Of a stretch of 64,000 nucleotides of DNA, positions 12,490 through 26,365 are shown one piece after another. Origin of the DNA: Octopus sinensis (taxonomy: Eukaryota). How positions within the stretch are numbered: position 1 is the stretch's first letter; every line of letters starts with the position of its first letter. Where the stretch lies: assembly GCF_006345805.1 (NCBI RefSeq), contig NC_043005.1, positions 55,552,001-55,616,000 of the forward strand, in the 5' to 3' direction. A program made the translations under genes and the position numbers. The notes beneath the pieces were generated by a model that saw only the letters and a program-made list of their open reading frames with translations, did not search any database and was not told the DNA's origin.

Positions 12490-12650
12490 CATAACAGGAG
12501 AAAGCATAAAATATTCTTAACAAAAAAAAAAGGCAACCAGCTAAGTTCATTGGTCATCAAATGAGATGACAAAATCTTGATCACTTAGTAACAAACAGAA
12601 AATTGAAAGGAATAAATTGCTCATTTGACTACATATGTGGCAGATTATTA
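12490..12650 (+). mobile_element. Old RTE LINE fragment
   Basis: RQPAKFIGHQMR*QNLDHLVTNRKLKG resembles the RTE C-terminal motif RQLxFxGHxMR. Confidence 0.55.
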
Positions 12651-12884
12651 ATGAGGAATAACAGCTTGAAATAATTTTCTACACCTGAAAGGAAGAAGAA
12701 ACTGGAAGTGAGAGCAATTATTCAATGAGCTTAGCAGGTGAGTGTGAGATGGAAGTTAGTGGAGGGTCCATGATTATAGTCACCTCTGGACATGAAATAT
12801 AAAGAAGAATGCACAGATGTCAATCTAAAAGCCTAAATTTCAACTGGCAACCTCTGTGTGAACACTCTGTATCTTTGACCATTT

Positions 12885-13118
12885 ATTTTTTACTTCTTTC
12901 AATCATTTGACTGTGACCATGCTGGGGCACCACTTTGAAGAATTTTTAGTTGAATAAATTGACACCAGTACTTATTATTTTTTTAAAGCCTGGTACTTAT
13001 TCTGTCAGTTTCTTTTACTGAACTGCTAAGTTATGGTGATGTATACACACCAACACCAGTTGTCAAGTGGTGGCAGGAGGCAAACACAGGCACAAACACA
13101 CAAACATACACACACACA

Positions 13119-13167
<49 letters not shown>

Positions 13168-13328
13168 CAGGCTTCTTTTAGTTTCTATCAAGCAAATCCA
13201 CTCACAAGGCTTTGGTTGACCCAAGGCTATAGTACAAGACACTTGCCCTAGGTACCAAGTAGTGGGACTGAACCCGAAACCATATCACTGGGATGCAAAC
13301 TTCTTACCATTCAGCCATGCTTGCACCT
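12885..13328 (-). mobile_element. SINE family A
   Basis: Similarity to the other copies. Confidence 0.85.
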
Positions 13329-13667
13329 ACATCAGTTTTTTTTTTCTTTTTAAACTGTCAGAAATAACAGCCAAATCTTCAAATTACACCCTACTGTTTA
13401 AAAAAAGGCACATTAACAATTATAGTCCAAAGTACACAATGCCTGGAAAATAAGATGGAAAGATTATGGTTTGAAAGACTTTAATCAATTAACAATATTT
13501 CCCTTCTTGAGAGCAGAAGGAAGAAGAATAGAGACCTTGACTAGCACCACGTCTCACCAAATCCACATTTTTCATATTTATTCATCAACACTACGATATT
13601 TTACCCATTATATTTTGATAATTTATGATTATTCTATATATACAGATATATATGTGTGTATATATGT

Positions 13668-13733
<66 letters not shown>

Positions 13734-14342
13734 ATGTGTGTGTGTGTGTGTGTGTGTATGCGCACATGCATGTATGTCTGTATATATAGAATTCAATAGT
13801 TATTCTGTTATATTTTCACATTTTGATAATCCAATTTATTCTTTAATTAACCATTATTTATCATTTCATTAACAGACTCGAGATCTTTCCATTGTCGTTT
13901 CTGTTTTATATGGTTTCCATTATTCCAACCTCATACGCAAACACACACACACACACACACATGCACACACACCATGCACGCAATCACATACATACATACA
14001 TACATACATACAATACAAAACAAATAGAAAAAACAAACTGGACATGAAATAGATATTAGCCTTCTATCCATCAAATACGACAGTAGAACAATTATTGAAC
14101 TTATCAATAGTTTTCTCATCTATCAGAGAAAGAAAATGTGCTTCACTACCATTCCATCAACGTGTATAATTCCTGCCAACACTCAGCTAGATATGTCTGT
14201 TTTATTAATCTCAATATCATATACCGAAATTACTAAAGAAAACGCCATTAATTTATCAACAATCTAAAACACTTCTATTTATGGATTTCTGTAGGTGTTG
14301 TGCTAACTACTTCTCTGGAAATGTCAATATTACTTAATAATT

Positions 14343-14388
<46 letters not shown>

Positions 14389-14703
14389 TAAAACAATTCA
14401 CAAACACAAAACACACACTATAATGTAAATATCCAATAAAATAAATGACCACCACAACATGTACTCTACAGGCCAGCTACCCAACAGGAGAACGCAACTT
14501 GCATTACACACACAACACACAATACAAACACTAATACAACAAAAGACTGCGGCCAGACACATAACAAAACTGATGCAATGCAATGCTGGGAAGAGCTTGT
14601 ACTTCCATAGCAATGGAAAAGAACACACAATGCTGCACAAATCCCAGCAACATGAATGTGTAGTAGGTGATGCAGTAGAAATCTACCTGAAACTATCAAA
14701 TGT

Positions 14704-14743
<40 letters not shown>

Positions 14744-14753
14744 TAATAATAAT

Positions 14754-14798
<45 letters not shown>

Positions 14799-15322
14799 TC
14801 TGATCTTAACTGATTGGAAGTGTTATCATGTACATTGTTTTGTCTTGGTATAAAAGATGGGCTACAGCAAATATTCTGCTCAATACCACAGATTTGCTTG
14901 TCAGTTGTTTGACCTTAACCAGTTGACCATGTCCCTTAGTGGCTGACAATATGTGCATCTCTGATCATGAGCAGAAGTAGTGGGGGAGCATCATAGCCAT
15001 GTGTTGAGGGGGATTCTTTGGGGTTTGAATAATCCACCTCTGGAAACATGGGTGGTTCTTTCAACATCCTTAAACAACCCTTATTCAGGGACCTTTCGAG
15101 TGGGATGGGTTACTTGACCTGAAGAAAATTCTAACTGAGCCCCACCTGCAAGGTCATGTGCTGTTTATCTTGATATGAGATCACCATGTCGTGCACATAT
15201 GGTTGTGATGCATGTGCCTAGTGTACCCTTATCAGACGGGTAGTCATGATGGGTATACTGGGCTTCGTATATTTTACCCCAGTGTCACTTTGATGGCATG
15301 CACTGCTCTCTCACTCAATAAC

Positions 15323-15355
<33 letters not shown>
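14799..15355 (+). mobile_element. 5'-truncated non-LTR retroelement 3' UTR with (TAA)n tail, copy 1
   Basis: Highly similar to 15429-15947; bounded by (TAA)n on both sides; ends CTCTCTCACTCAATAA. Confidence 0.75.
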
Positions 15356-15356
<1 letters not shown>

Positions 15357-15946
15357 CCCTGATGTAGTACCAGAGAGTGGCTCTCATGGTTCCCTGATGC
15401 AGTACCAGACAGTGGCTCTCATGGCTTCTCATCTTAACTGATTGGAAGTGTTATCATGTACATTGTTTTGTCTTGGTATAAAAGATGGGCTACAGCAAAT
15501 ATTCTGCTCAATACCACAGATTTGCTTGTCAGTTGTTTGACCTTAACCAGTTGAGCATGTTCCTTAGTGGCTGGTGATATGTGCATCTCTGATCATGGGC
15601 AGAAGTAGTCAGGGAGAGCATCATAGACAGTTGTTGAGAGGAATACTTTGGGCTTTGGATAATTCACCTTTGGAAACATGGGTGGTTCATTCATCATCCT
15701 TAAACAATCCTTATTCAGGGACCTTTTGAGTGGTATGGGCTACTTAACCAGAAGAAAATTCTAACTGGGCCCCATCTGCAAGGTCATGCGCTGTTTATCT
15801 TGATATGAAATCACCATGTTGCGCACATATGGCTGTGATGCATGTGCCTGGTGTACCCTTATCAGAGAGGTAATCATGATGGGTATAATGGGCTTCGTAT
15901 ATTTTACCCCAGTGTCACTTTGATGGCAAGCGCTACTCTCTCACTC

Positions 15947-16020
<74 letters not shown>
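15356..16020 (+). mobile_element. Same element, copy 2 (longer at 5' end, with a ~35-bp tandem duplication)
   Basis: CCCTGATG(T/C)AGTACCAGA(G/C)AGTGGCTCTCATGG twice, then the shared body, then (TAA)n. Confidence 0.75.
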
Positions 16021-16029
<9 letters not shown>

Positions 16030-16043
16030 GATGATCATAATAA

Positions 16044-16242
16044 TTCTTTCTACTAAAGGCACAAGGCCTAAAATTTGGGTGGAGGGTACTAGTCGATTAC
16101 ATCGACCCCAGTGCTCAACTGGTACTTATTTCATCTACCCCCAAAGAAAGAAAAGGTAAAATTGACCTCAGCAGAATTTGAACTCTGAAATGTAAAGCTG
16201 GAAGAAATATTATGACGCATTTTGTCTGTTGTGCTAATGATT
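16044..16242 (-). mobile_element. SINE family B
   Basis: GTCGATTACATCGACCCCAGTG..CTGGTACTTATT. Confidence 0.8.
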
Positions 16243-16349
16243 ATATTATAATACAAGGGTAATCCCAAAAGTAAGGTCTCCAAAGCACTGTGATATTACA
16301 CATCCAGTAGATCAAACTTGCTATGTTTCTTTCCAACTTTCACACATCC

Positions 16350-16570
16350 TTTGTGTACCCAGGTTTACAGTTTGTTCTCTTGCATCATACAATTTCCCCT
16401 TTGCTTAGAAAGAGAATCTCCTTGCAGTCAGCAAAGGTGACAGGTCTCTGAATATTTTCTACCCTATTCTAATTTTGGTCCCTATGCTTTCAGTATACCA
16501 TCTCCCACTGTTGAGTACATCACCTAGGTAGCAAATGCTATCAACAACTTCTATAGATCCTTCTGGGAAC
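16350..16570 (-). mobile_element. RTE LINE RT fragment
   Basis: PEGSIEVVDSICYLGDVLNSGRWYTESIGTKIRIG*KIFRDLSPLLTAR. Confidence 0.8.
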
Positions 16571-16807
16571 CCCTTTACTTGAAATCTTGGCTACATTCAC
16601 ACATGCTGTACTCCTGCATGGAATGGGGATATTCTGGTTTGCCCCCAAGACATTTTCAGCAGATTCCATACCATGCTGATGCACACCATGAAGAATTGAG
16701 GATCATTTCATAAAGTTGTTAGCAACAACAACACCAGCAACAACAGCAACAACAGCAACAACAACTGAAATAAGACAGCAACCACAACAACAAACATCGT
16801 TGAAATA

Positions 16808-17469
16808 TTGGTTTGAAAATTTGGACACAAGGCAAGGAATTTTGAGGAAGGTGGGTAAATTGATTATATTGGCCTCAGTGCTCAGATGGTACTTTATTTA
16901 TTGAACCCGAATGATCAAAGGCATAATTGAACCTAATGGCATTTGAATTTAGGAAGTAAAGTCAGAAGAAATGTTGCTATGTGTTTTGTCCAGCACAGTG
17001 ACAATTCTTCCGTCACACTGCCTTACACAATTGAAATATTCTTTTCTACTCCAGGCACAAGGCCCAACATTTTTGGGGAGAGGTCCAGTCAATTAGATCG
17101 ACCCCAGTATGCAACTGGTACTTAATTTATTGACCCCAAAAGGATGAAAGGCAAAGCTGACTTCAGTGGAATTTGAACTCAGAACATAAAGACAGACGAA
17201 ATAGCACTAAGCATTTCGCCCAACATGCCAACGTTTCTGCCAGCTCACCACCTTACAGCACTGAAATATTGCAGTTAGCACACCAGCGAAATGCTTAGCG
17301 GTATATTGTCTGCTGTTATGTTCCGAGTTCAAATTCCGACGAGGTCAACTTTGCTTTTCATCCTTTCGGAGTCAATTAAATAAGTACACACTGGGGTCAA
17401 TCTAATCGACTTAATCCGTTTGTCTGTCCTTGTTTGTCCCCTCTATGTTTAGCCCTTTGTGGGCAATAA
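16808..17469. mobile_element. Cluster of three SINE family B copies (two minus, one plus)
   Basis: 16808-17024 (-), 17041-17253 (-), 17272-17469 (+). Confidence 0.8.
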
Positions 17470-18299
17470 AATATGAAATATTGCAATTCAACTAGTATTT
17501 AATCTACAAATTGTATTTTGAAAGTTTTTCTAATGCTGATGTAATATAGGATTCAACTGTATCATTGTATTTAAAAAAAGGAAGGAATAAATAAATAAAT
17601 AAAGAAAGAAAGAAAGAAGAAAGAAAGAAAGAAAGAAAGAAAAAAAAGAACAAGGACCCACATGTCTTAATCAGCTGAAAATAAGCATCTTTCATGTTTC
17701 ACAATTGAATAAATAGTTAAATCTGAGTAGAACATTAATTAAAAGACTATAAAATAAAGCAGCTGGAATCGGTGTAATTCACTGTAGAAGCATCTACACC
17801 ATGCTTCTATGGAGAAAATAAATATAATGACAATAAAAACACAATAAAAAAAGCATTTCTTTGTTAATTCTCATTTAAAGGTCCGAAAGTATTATTTTAT
17901 TTTCTTCTCAACTAATGGAGTCTTTAGAATAATTAAAAATAAAATTAATAAAATAGGTATTCGTTTATTGTAATAAATGTAATAAAAACAAAATGAACAA
18001 AGAAACGGTGGGCGGTGGGGGAGGCGAAACTGCCAAAAAGTCAAAAAGCAAAAAGCATTTGATAATTATTTCAAAACTAAAGACCGATAAATGTTTAACT
18101 TGATATTTATATAAACACATTTCCCTCTTTTTTCTTTTTTTTTTTTCTTTATCATCCCTGCAGGCATGATGAACTATTTCTTTTATTGAATATAGAATTG
18201 CTAAAGTAAGTATTAAAATGGCCGCTAAAGGGAAATTTTAATGTAAACTGACGCTGTTGATTTAACTTGACTAAGTAAATCTCAATAACTTATTTACAT

Positions 18300-18390
18300 A
18301 ATATAACTTTATATATATATAAGATATATAAATACATATGTATATATGTATATGTATATATATATATATGTGCATATACATATATATACA

Positions 18391-18444
<54 letters not shown>

Positions 18445-18539
18445 TACATATATGTATATATATGTATATGTATCTATATATATGTATATGTATATATATA
18501 TGCATGTATATGTATATATATATATATATATATATACAC

Positions 18540-18607
<68 letters not shown>

Positions 18608-18615
18608 CTGTGTGT
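18300..18615. repeat. (TA)n/(CA)n compound microsatellite
   Basis: Direct inspection. Confidence 0.95.
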
Positions 18616-19549
18616 GTAAAGGTTTTTAATACATATATAATATCTTTGTTCAAATTAATTATAGCAATTTAATCATATCTTTATTGATATGTTTGCCAAC
18701 ACATTTATTTTCCTTCTATAATATAAAATGAAGAGAGAGAGAGAGAGAGACAGACAGAGACAGAGAAAGAGAGAGAGACAGAGAAAGAGAGAGAGACAGA
18801 GAAAGAGAGAGAGAGATATTTAGTCAGTATTCGAGTTAATTGAGTAGAATTAACAACGATCTCTTGTAAAACGAGGTGCCTAGGGGAAAGATGCATTGCC
18901 TGCCTCACATACATTATGGTAGACTGTCACAGTTGACTGGTTAATCATTACATACATACACACGCACACACTCACACACAAACATAAACACACTAATACA
19001 CACATACACACAGAAAGAAGTTATTTGATGATAACAACAAAAGAAAATACCTTTATTTATGTAGTCTGGATTATCCATATGTAATGACCTAAATTGTGTG
19101 ATAGAAAAGAAAGTAGGGCGGCTCTGATGACAAAAGGACTGGCATGCTGCCAAAGACATGATAGTCTTTTGATACTAATGGGACAATGGTGAATGAGATT
19201 ATTATTATTACTGACAGGGAAATGGTGGATGTCAGAATTGGACTGGAATGGGGGTTGTTTTTGTGACAAAATGCCTTGATGCACTTAGTTACTTTTTCCA
19301 TCATATATTCTGCTGTATTTAATCAACCACTGGGGTCAATCAGTCAGTCAACTTTGTCTTTCATCACTCAAGGGTCAATAAATTAAGAACCAGTAATATA
19401 CTGATCGATCAGTTATTTATTTAATTGACATGTAATTATGCCGTTGTACAATATTCTTATTAGCATTAATAGAAGGAAAGTGGAAAATTGACTGAATCGG
19501 CATGGCATTGGATGAAATGGTTAGTCAACATTACTCTATAAGGAGCAGA

Positions 19550-19757
19550 AGGATGGTTTCCTGGTTGTTATAGTGTACGTATTCCTCCTTGGATACGACA
19601 CCAGTCCATCGTAGGGTTACTTATTTTTGCCAATTGAGTGGATTGGAGCAATGTTAAATGAAGTATTTTGCTCAAGAACACAACACATCACTCAGTCAAG
19701 GAATCAAAACTACAATCTTAGGATCATGAGTCCAACACCCTAACCACTAAGCCACAA
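19550..19757 (-). mobile_element. tRNA-derived SINE family D
   Basis: Minus GTGGCTTAGTGGTTAGGGTGTTGGACTCATGATC...TTTTGATTCC (A/B boxes), then GTTGTGTTCTTGAGCAA..CCCTACGATGGACTGG. Confidence 0.7.
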
Positions 19758-19817
19758 CTGGATGAAATGCCTAGTAGTATTTGTTCCATCTGATTCTCAG
19801 TGTTCATCATCACTACC

Positions 19818-20136
19818 ATCCCAGACCAGGCGTTGTGAGTGTTTATTGAGCGAAAACACCTAAAGCTCCACGAGGCTCTGGCAGGGGATGGTGGTGATCC
19901 CTTCTGTACTCTTTCATCACAACTTTCTCTCACTCTTACTTCCTGTTTCTGTTGTACCTGTATTTCAAAGGGCCGGCCTTGTCACTCTCTGTGTCACGCT
20001 GAATATCCCCGAGAACTACGTTAAGGGTACACGTGTCTGTGGAGTGCTCAGCCACTTACACGTTAATTTCATGAGCAGGCTGTTCCATTGATTCGGATTA
20101 ACCGGAACCCTCGTCGTCGTAACCGACAGAGTGCTT
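19818..20136 (+). mobile_element. SINE family C (5' clipped)
   Basis: Close match to 23296-23672. Confidence 0.85.
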
Positions 20137-20149
20137 CCATCCCATCATT

Positions 20150-20410
20150 ACCATCATCATTTAGCCTCTGTTTTCCATGCTGCCATGGTTTAGATAGTTT
20201 GACTGGAACTGCTAACCTGGAGAGCTGCACCAGGTTCCAGTCTGATTTGGCTTAGTTTCTACAGCTGGATGCCCTTCCTAACACCAACCACTCCAAAAGT
20301 ATAATGGGTGCTTTTTATGTGCTACTAGCATGTGAGCTTCTATGTGCCACTGGCACGGGTGCCAGTTATGTGACACCTGCATCAGCCATGACTACGATTT
20401 CACCTGGCCA
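20150..20410 (-). mobile_element. RTE 3' UTR fragment
   Basis: TTTCTACAGCTGGATGCCCTTCCTAAC and GGGTGCTTTTTATGTGC motifs. Confidence 0.75.
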
Positions 20411-20479
20411 AGTTCAAATTCTGCTGGGGGTCAACTTTGCCATTCATCCTTTTAAAGTCAATAAAGTATCAATCAGGTT

Positions 20480-20680
20480 ACTTCTCTGGTACTATGGACG
20501 TGTGAATGAAATGTCACAGGAAAGAATTGCAAGATGGATTCAGGCAAAGAACCAAGAGTAGACCAAGGATGACATGGTTGGATAATATCCATGGTTTTAA
20601 TTGGTCATATTTGAGAATCCAGTCAGAAAGTTCAATTATGCTTGCTTTTGGTAGGACTCTGTAGAGAAGGTGCTTATTTA
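20480..20680 (+). mobile_element. Old RTE LINE C-terminal fragment
   Basis: LLWYYGRVNEMSQERIARW...RPRMTWLDNI. Confidence 0.6.
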
Positions 20681-21526
20681 TTCCGTTGTTTTGAATTAAT
20701 TATGCATTAGCACAGGGCTTTGAGATTTCAATGATGCAATTGTTTATTCTTAAAATGACATTGTTGAGTAAGTGAGAGAGGCCAGATCTGACCAATTTGA
20801 ACATGAAACAGGTGGAATATCTGAGCTGGATATTACAGGTTTAAATGCTAAAGGGTTAAAATTAGAAACAATCTTAATTGATTTATTAACTTAATTGGAG
20901 TCTCATCAGAGATGCCTACATCACTCCAGAATTATATCTAATTTGATCCTTAATATTCACTGTACCAAATATGTTAACATGGACTTAGCAATTACAAGAG
21001 CTATTATCATTCTTTCCACTTCTCCTTTTTCAACAAACATGCTCCATCTCAGTATTTCAAAAAAGACAAAGTCTAATACAAAGCAAACACACACAAAAAA
21101 AAAAATTAAAAATCATTATATGGCTTCCACAGAACCCAAATATTCTAGAGATTATATTTTCCTACTTCACTCAGGGGAGGCTTTTTTTGTTTTTTTGCCT
21201 TTCAAAGCTGACAGGAAAACAATGTTGCACGGGAAATTAGAAATGAGTAAAATATTCAACTGTGTTTTTAGCTTGAGAACCTTCTAGCTATGCTGTTTAT
21301 CTGTGGTTTCCATTTGTTTCACATGGATTAGAAGTTTCCTGCTAGACATCTTCACATTGCATCATGTGTTAATGGAAATCTCTTGAGTCAGCATTAAATC
21401 TGTGCGTGTGTATAAACACACACACTCATGTATGAATCTGTAACCATGAGCCTGACGAAATATATTTTATTTTGCCTAAGGGATATATATATATAATATA
21501 TATATGTATGTATATATATATATATA

Positions 21527-21748
21527 CTCTCTTACTCTTTTACTTGTTTCAGTCATTTGATTGTGGCCATGCTGGAGCACCGCCTTTTGTCAAGTAAATC
21601 GACCCCAGGACTTATTCTTTGTAAGCCTAGTACTTATTCTATCGGTTACTTTTGCCGAACCACTAAGTTACAGGGACGTAAACACACCAGCATCGGTTGT
21701 CAAGCTATGTTGGGGGGACAACGCACAAACATATACACACACATACAT

Positions 21749-21779
<31 letters not shown>

Positions 21780-21790
21780 ATATATATATA

Positions 21791-21821
<31 letters not shown>

Positions 21822-21972
21822 CAAATATATACGACGGGCTTCTTTCAGTTTCCGTCTACCAAATCCACTCACAAGGATTTGGTCAATCCGGGGCTATAGT
21901 AGAAGACACTTGCACAAGGTGCCACACAGTAGAAATGAACCTGGAACCATGTGGTTGGTAAGCAAGCTACTA
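21527..21972 (-). mobile_element. SINE family A
   Basis: Young copy with CpGs retained. Confidence 0.85.
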
Positions 21973-22321
21973 CATTATTTATAGCCATTACATTTTGGGA
22001 ATGCCCTTTAATAACACAACAAAGCTGTTGAATTCACTTTAAATTTAAATATATTTCAGGAGGTATCAGAGAATTTAACAGCTTTGTGCTTATTCAGAGG
22101 CTCCCCCATGATATGGTTGATTTAATTCCAACACAGAGTATCAAATCAACCCATTTGCTTGATAATTCCAACACACACACACACACACTCAAGGCTGTTT
22201 TGGGGCTAAACAACAGCAATAACTAAATTGTAGAACACATGAGTAAAAAGCAATCAGAGTGATTGGCAAAGAATTCCTGACACACAACAATCAGTTGCTT
22301 ATAAATATGTATTCTGTCAGT

Positions 22322-22363
<42 letters not shown>

Positions 22364-23295
22364 CTCTCTCTGTTTCTCTCTCTGTTTCTCCCCATCTCTT
22401 TCTCTTCCTCTTCTCTTTTTCTCCCTTCTCTCTCTCTCTCCTTCCTCCTTTCTCTCCCCCTTCCTCCTTTCCCTCTCTCTTCCTCTTTTCCCTCTCTCTC
22501 TCTCTCTCTCTCTCTGTTAATCCAAATGGAAGCCCACATTATCCACACATGCTTTGCTGCTATCTGGTTTCAGGTTCAGTCCCACTCCATGGCATCTTAA
22601 GCAAGCATCTTCTACCATAGCCTTGGGTTGGCCAAAGAGCTGTGGAAGAAATTTAGTACATGGACACTGAGTGAAAATATGTAGCAAAGATTCTATATGT
22701 TCTCAAATGGCAATCTTAATTCATCACCCAGTTTAGCATTACCAGTAGGCCACTTTTTGATGTCTTAAGCACGAAAATATTCAGGCCTGGTCACCTAATG
22801 TAAGTAACTTCTTCCTTCTCTTCTATCAATCACAGAAGTCCTTAAAAGAGTAATGCAAATTGCCCTTCGTCTAAATAAACAATTACAAAATATGAAAAAT
22901 AAAAAGAAAAAGATCATTTTTTCCTTCCACTAAACCTTTTATCTATATATCCTACAAGGATTGCAACCCTCTAGAACCAGTTGCCTCATCAGCATCATTA
23001 TCATCATCGTTGTTTAATGATCATCTTCCATGCTAGCATGGGTGGGACAAACATGTTTTTCTCATTGGTATAAACCTGCTGAGGTTCAAGCTAAAAGAGA
23101 ACCATGTCAACTTCTGCATTTGAGGGAGCTTGCAAACATCATGGGATCTACTTTATTCTTTCTCTGATTAAATAATCTATTAATTACAATTTGTGGTGTG
23201 GCTTCCTCTATTCATATCTGAAAGAGAGAAACTGCTTACACAATTGGATTTATTTCCTTTGGTTACCATATTCTTACAGTGTCATCCATCACAGT

Positions 23296-23672
23296 GGAGG
23301 TGCAATGGCCCAGTGGTTAGGGCAGCAGATTTGCGGTCATAGGATCAGAGTTTTGATTCCCAGACCGCGCGTTGTGAGTGTTTATTGAGTTAAAACACCT
23401 AAAGCTCCATGGGACTTCGGTAGTGGGTGGTGGCAAATCCTGCCGTACTCTTCCACCACAACTTTCTCTCACTCTTTCTTCATGTTTCTGTTGTACCTGT
23501 ATTTCAAAGGGCCAGCCTTGTTACACTCTATGTCATGCTGAATGTCCCCAAGAACTAGGTTAAGGGTACTTGTGTCTATAGAGTGCTCAGCCACTTGCAC
23601 ATTAATTTCATGAGCAGGCTGTTCTGTTGATCAGATCAACTGGAACCCTTGTCGTCATAACCAACGGAGTGT
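23296..23672 (+). mobile_element. SINE family C (full length, tRNA head)
   Basis: GGAGGTGCAATGGCCCAGTGGTTAGGGCAGC (A box)...GTTTTGATTCCC (B box); body shared with 19818-20136. Confidence 0.85.
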
Positions 23673-23792
23673 CATGATGACAACAACAAGTTTATCACAT
23701 GACAGGTAATGCTTGTATCATATTTTTGCCACTGTCAGTAGTATCGAGTAATATCACATCTATATTAATTCTTTCTACTATAGGCTCAGTGA

Positions 23793-23990
23793 AGGCATGT
23801 GGCCTAGTGGTTAGGCTGTTGCACTCATGATTGCTAAATCGTGGGTTCGATTCCCAGATTAGGCAGTGTATGTGTTCTTGGTCTGCTTGCCTAGCCAGTG
23901 GGGTGGTGTCATTCAAGGGCTAAAATGATACAAAATACATTGTGACCAGCGATATGTAACAGCATCTGATAGCATGTTCAGTCACGTGAT
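23793..23990 (+). mobile_element. tRNA-derived SINE (family D-like head)
   Basis: GTGGCCTAGTGGTTAGG...GGGTTCGATTCCC A and B boxes. Confidence 0.7.
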
Positions 23991-23996
23991 CGTGAC

Positions 23997-24626
23997 TATA
24001 GGTACAAGGCCTGAAATTTTGGGTAAGGGGCTAGTTAATTACATCAACCCTAGTGTCCAACTGGTACTTATTTTATTGACCCTGAAAAGATGAAAGGCAA
24101 AGTCAACCTCAGCAGGATTTGAACCCAGAACATAAAGAGTTAGAAGAAATGCTACTAGACATTTTATCCTGCGTGCTAATGATTCTGCTAGCTCACCACC
24201 TACTGCAATATGTAATAATTATTTCAAAATTTTTTGCCACTAGGGCAGATTGGGGGTGGGGATGAGGTGGGGATGAGATGATCACATCGACCCCAGTGTT
24301 CAACTGGTACATATTTTATCGATCCCAAAAGGATGAAAGGTAAAGTTGATCTCGGCGGAATTTGAACTTAGAATGTAGCAATGGTAGGAATACCTATTTC
24401 TTTATTTCCCACAAGGGGCTAAACATAGAGGGGACAAACAAGGACAGACATAGGTATTAAGTCGATTACATCGACCCCAGCGCGTAACTGGTACTTATTT
24501 AATCGATCCCAAAAGGATGAAAGGCAAAGTCGACCTTGGTGGAATTTGAACTTAGAACGTAACGGCAGACGAAATACCGCTAAGCATTTCGCCCGGCGTG
24601 CTAATGTTTCTGCCAGCTCGCTGCCG
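23997..24626 (-). mobile_element. Three tandem SINE family B copies
   Basis: 23997-24200, 24230-24385, 24390-24626. Confidence 0.85.
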
Positions 24627-26327
24627 TATTGCAATCTGAAAATAAAATTTAATTTGACATTTTAACATTATTATTGTTGTTGATAGCATATATTTATTAC
24701 AAATATACGAATAAAATATTCAATTTTAGTTTCATTTTCAAAATTAGTATTATTTCATCTGTTATTTTCGTATAAGCATCATGAAATTTTAAAAATTAAA
24801 ACTGCAATTATTGTGTTTATATAACATTACCCTCAGAGGCAAACATATGTTCCCAGTGTTGCCATCATACAATTGACATCACAATAGCTATTTAATATAT
24901 CAAAAAAAAAAAAAGGCAGCTTCCTCTATCTCAAACTGCATTCTGATACCTCCTTTGTATCCGACCTTGTTGATTCAAATAGGATCTCCAGAATTATGCT
25001 CAGGTCTTATAAGGGTTTTTAGAATATATTTGATAACTAACAAAAAGAATTCCTGAACTGATTAATGGAAGTCACACTAGATGAAAGCATTATCATGCCC
25101 AAAAATATTCAATAAAATTTTCACTTGTCTGCAATAATTCAGCACTATAAACTGTTAAATGACATTTAACACCATATTTCTTCTCTTCGTCATAGAAACA
25201 GTTTTTTGTTTTCCTTCCTTTTAAAGTCAAATATCTAACAACATGCATTGCAACTAGTATGCTCGACAAAACAAACATGTAAAATTAGAATGATTTAATT
25301 AGCTGATCTCTAACTTAACACTTCATAGAAAATATCATTTTGCCAAAAAATATTCTTTTCTTTTCAAATTCATGAGTTCTTTTAAAATGGCAAATATATT
25401 CCCTGAATGCAGAAAATTATACTCAGTTATTGATAGCAATTGAATGGTGTAGTTACTTGACAATGTCTAGCTTTAGTTTGATTAGTGTGTATTGTAAATT
25501 GTAAAGTGATTCTAGTTAGTTTGTTGAACAATTTAGATGGCATTTACTGTTTGAGTTCTTTGGCTATAACTAATTGTTAATATAACACAGTTGTCTGGCT
25601 GTACCATAGATAAAGGCCTATAAATGTATATTTAACGACTGGAAAAGCATTCTGTTGCTAGTAGATTCTAGAATCTATCTGTCTGGGCTTTTTTTCAATA
25701 ATCTGGTTATCAGTTCTTACAAGAGTAATGATATCCTAATAGGAATAATAAAGTTTAGTGAATAGAATGCAGTTTTCTTTTAATTAACGAGAGGAAACAT
25801 GAACTGGCTGAAGGCTTAAATAAACTGAGTGAAGCAGACACAAATAATTGACTAACCTGAAAGCAAAGGAAGCCTTCCATAAGATACACAGAAACATATC
25901 TGCAATAAATAAGGGGAAATGTATGTAAAACTGAATGTAAGTAGGCAATGTCAATGGAAATCCTTCAGTAAACACAGACAATATCTGTAAACATGAATGC
26001 AAGTGGTTGGCTTAGACAGAATAAATAATTACATTAGTAAAACCAACATACTAATGAAGCAGTTGCCTGGAGAAGTTCCTGGTAGTAGGAGTGCAGGAAT
26101 GGGAGTGGTGGGGGAAGCATTGCTTTGTTAGCATGCTAAGTAAAGTATAACTAACATTACTTGTGATATATTGATATATTTCTAGATATGACTGAAAGAA
26201 CAAAGTTGTATTTATTTAATATTTGAAAATAACTGGATGACTTTTGTTAAAGCATTTTAAGTATTTATAACAACAGCTTTTTGGTTCTTTATTCCATAGT
26301 AATTACCAATCAAAACCACGCATGCAT

Positions 26328-26365
<38 letters not shown>

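Noticed and set aside
23296-23368. Functional tRNA genes (also ~23793, ~44925 and ~56140)
   Set aside because: A/B boxes present but acceptor and anticodon stems do not pair; these are SINE heads
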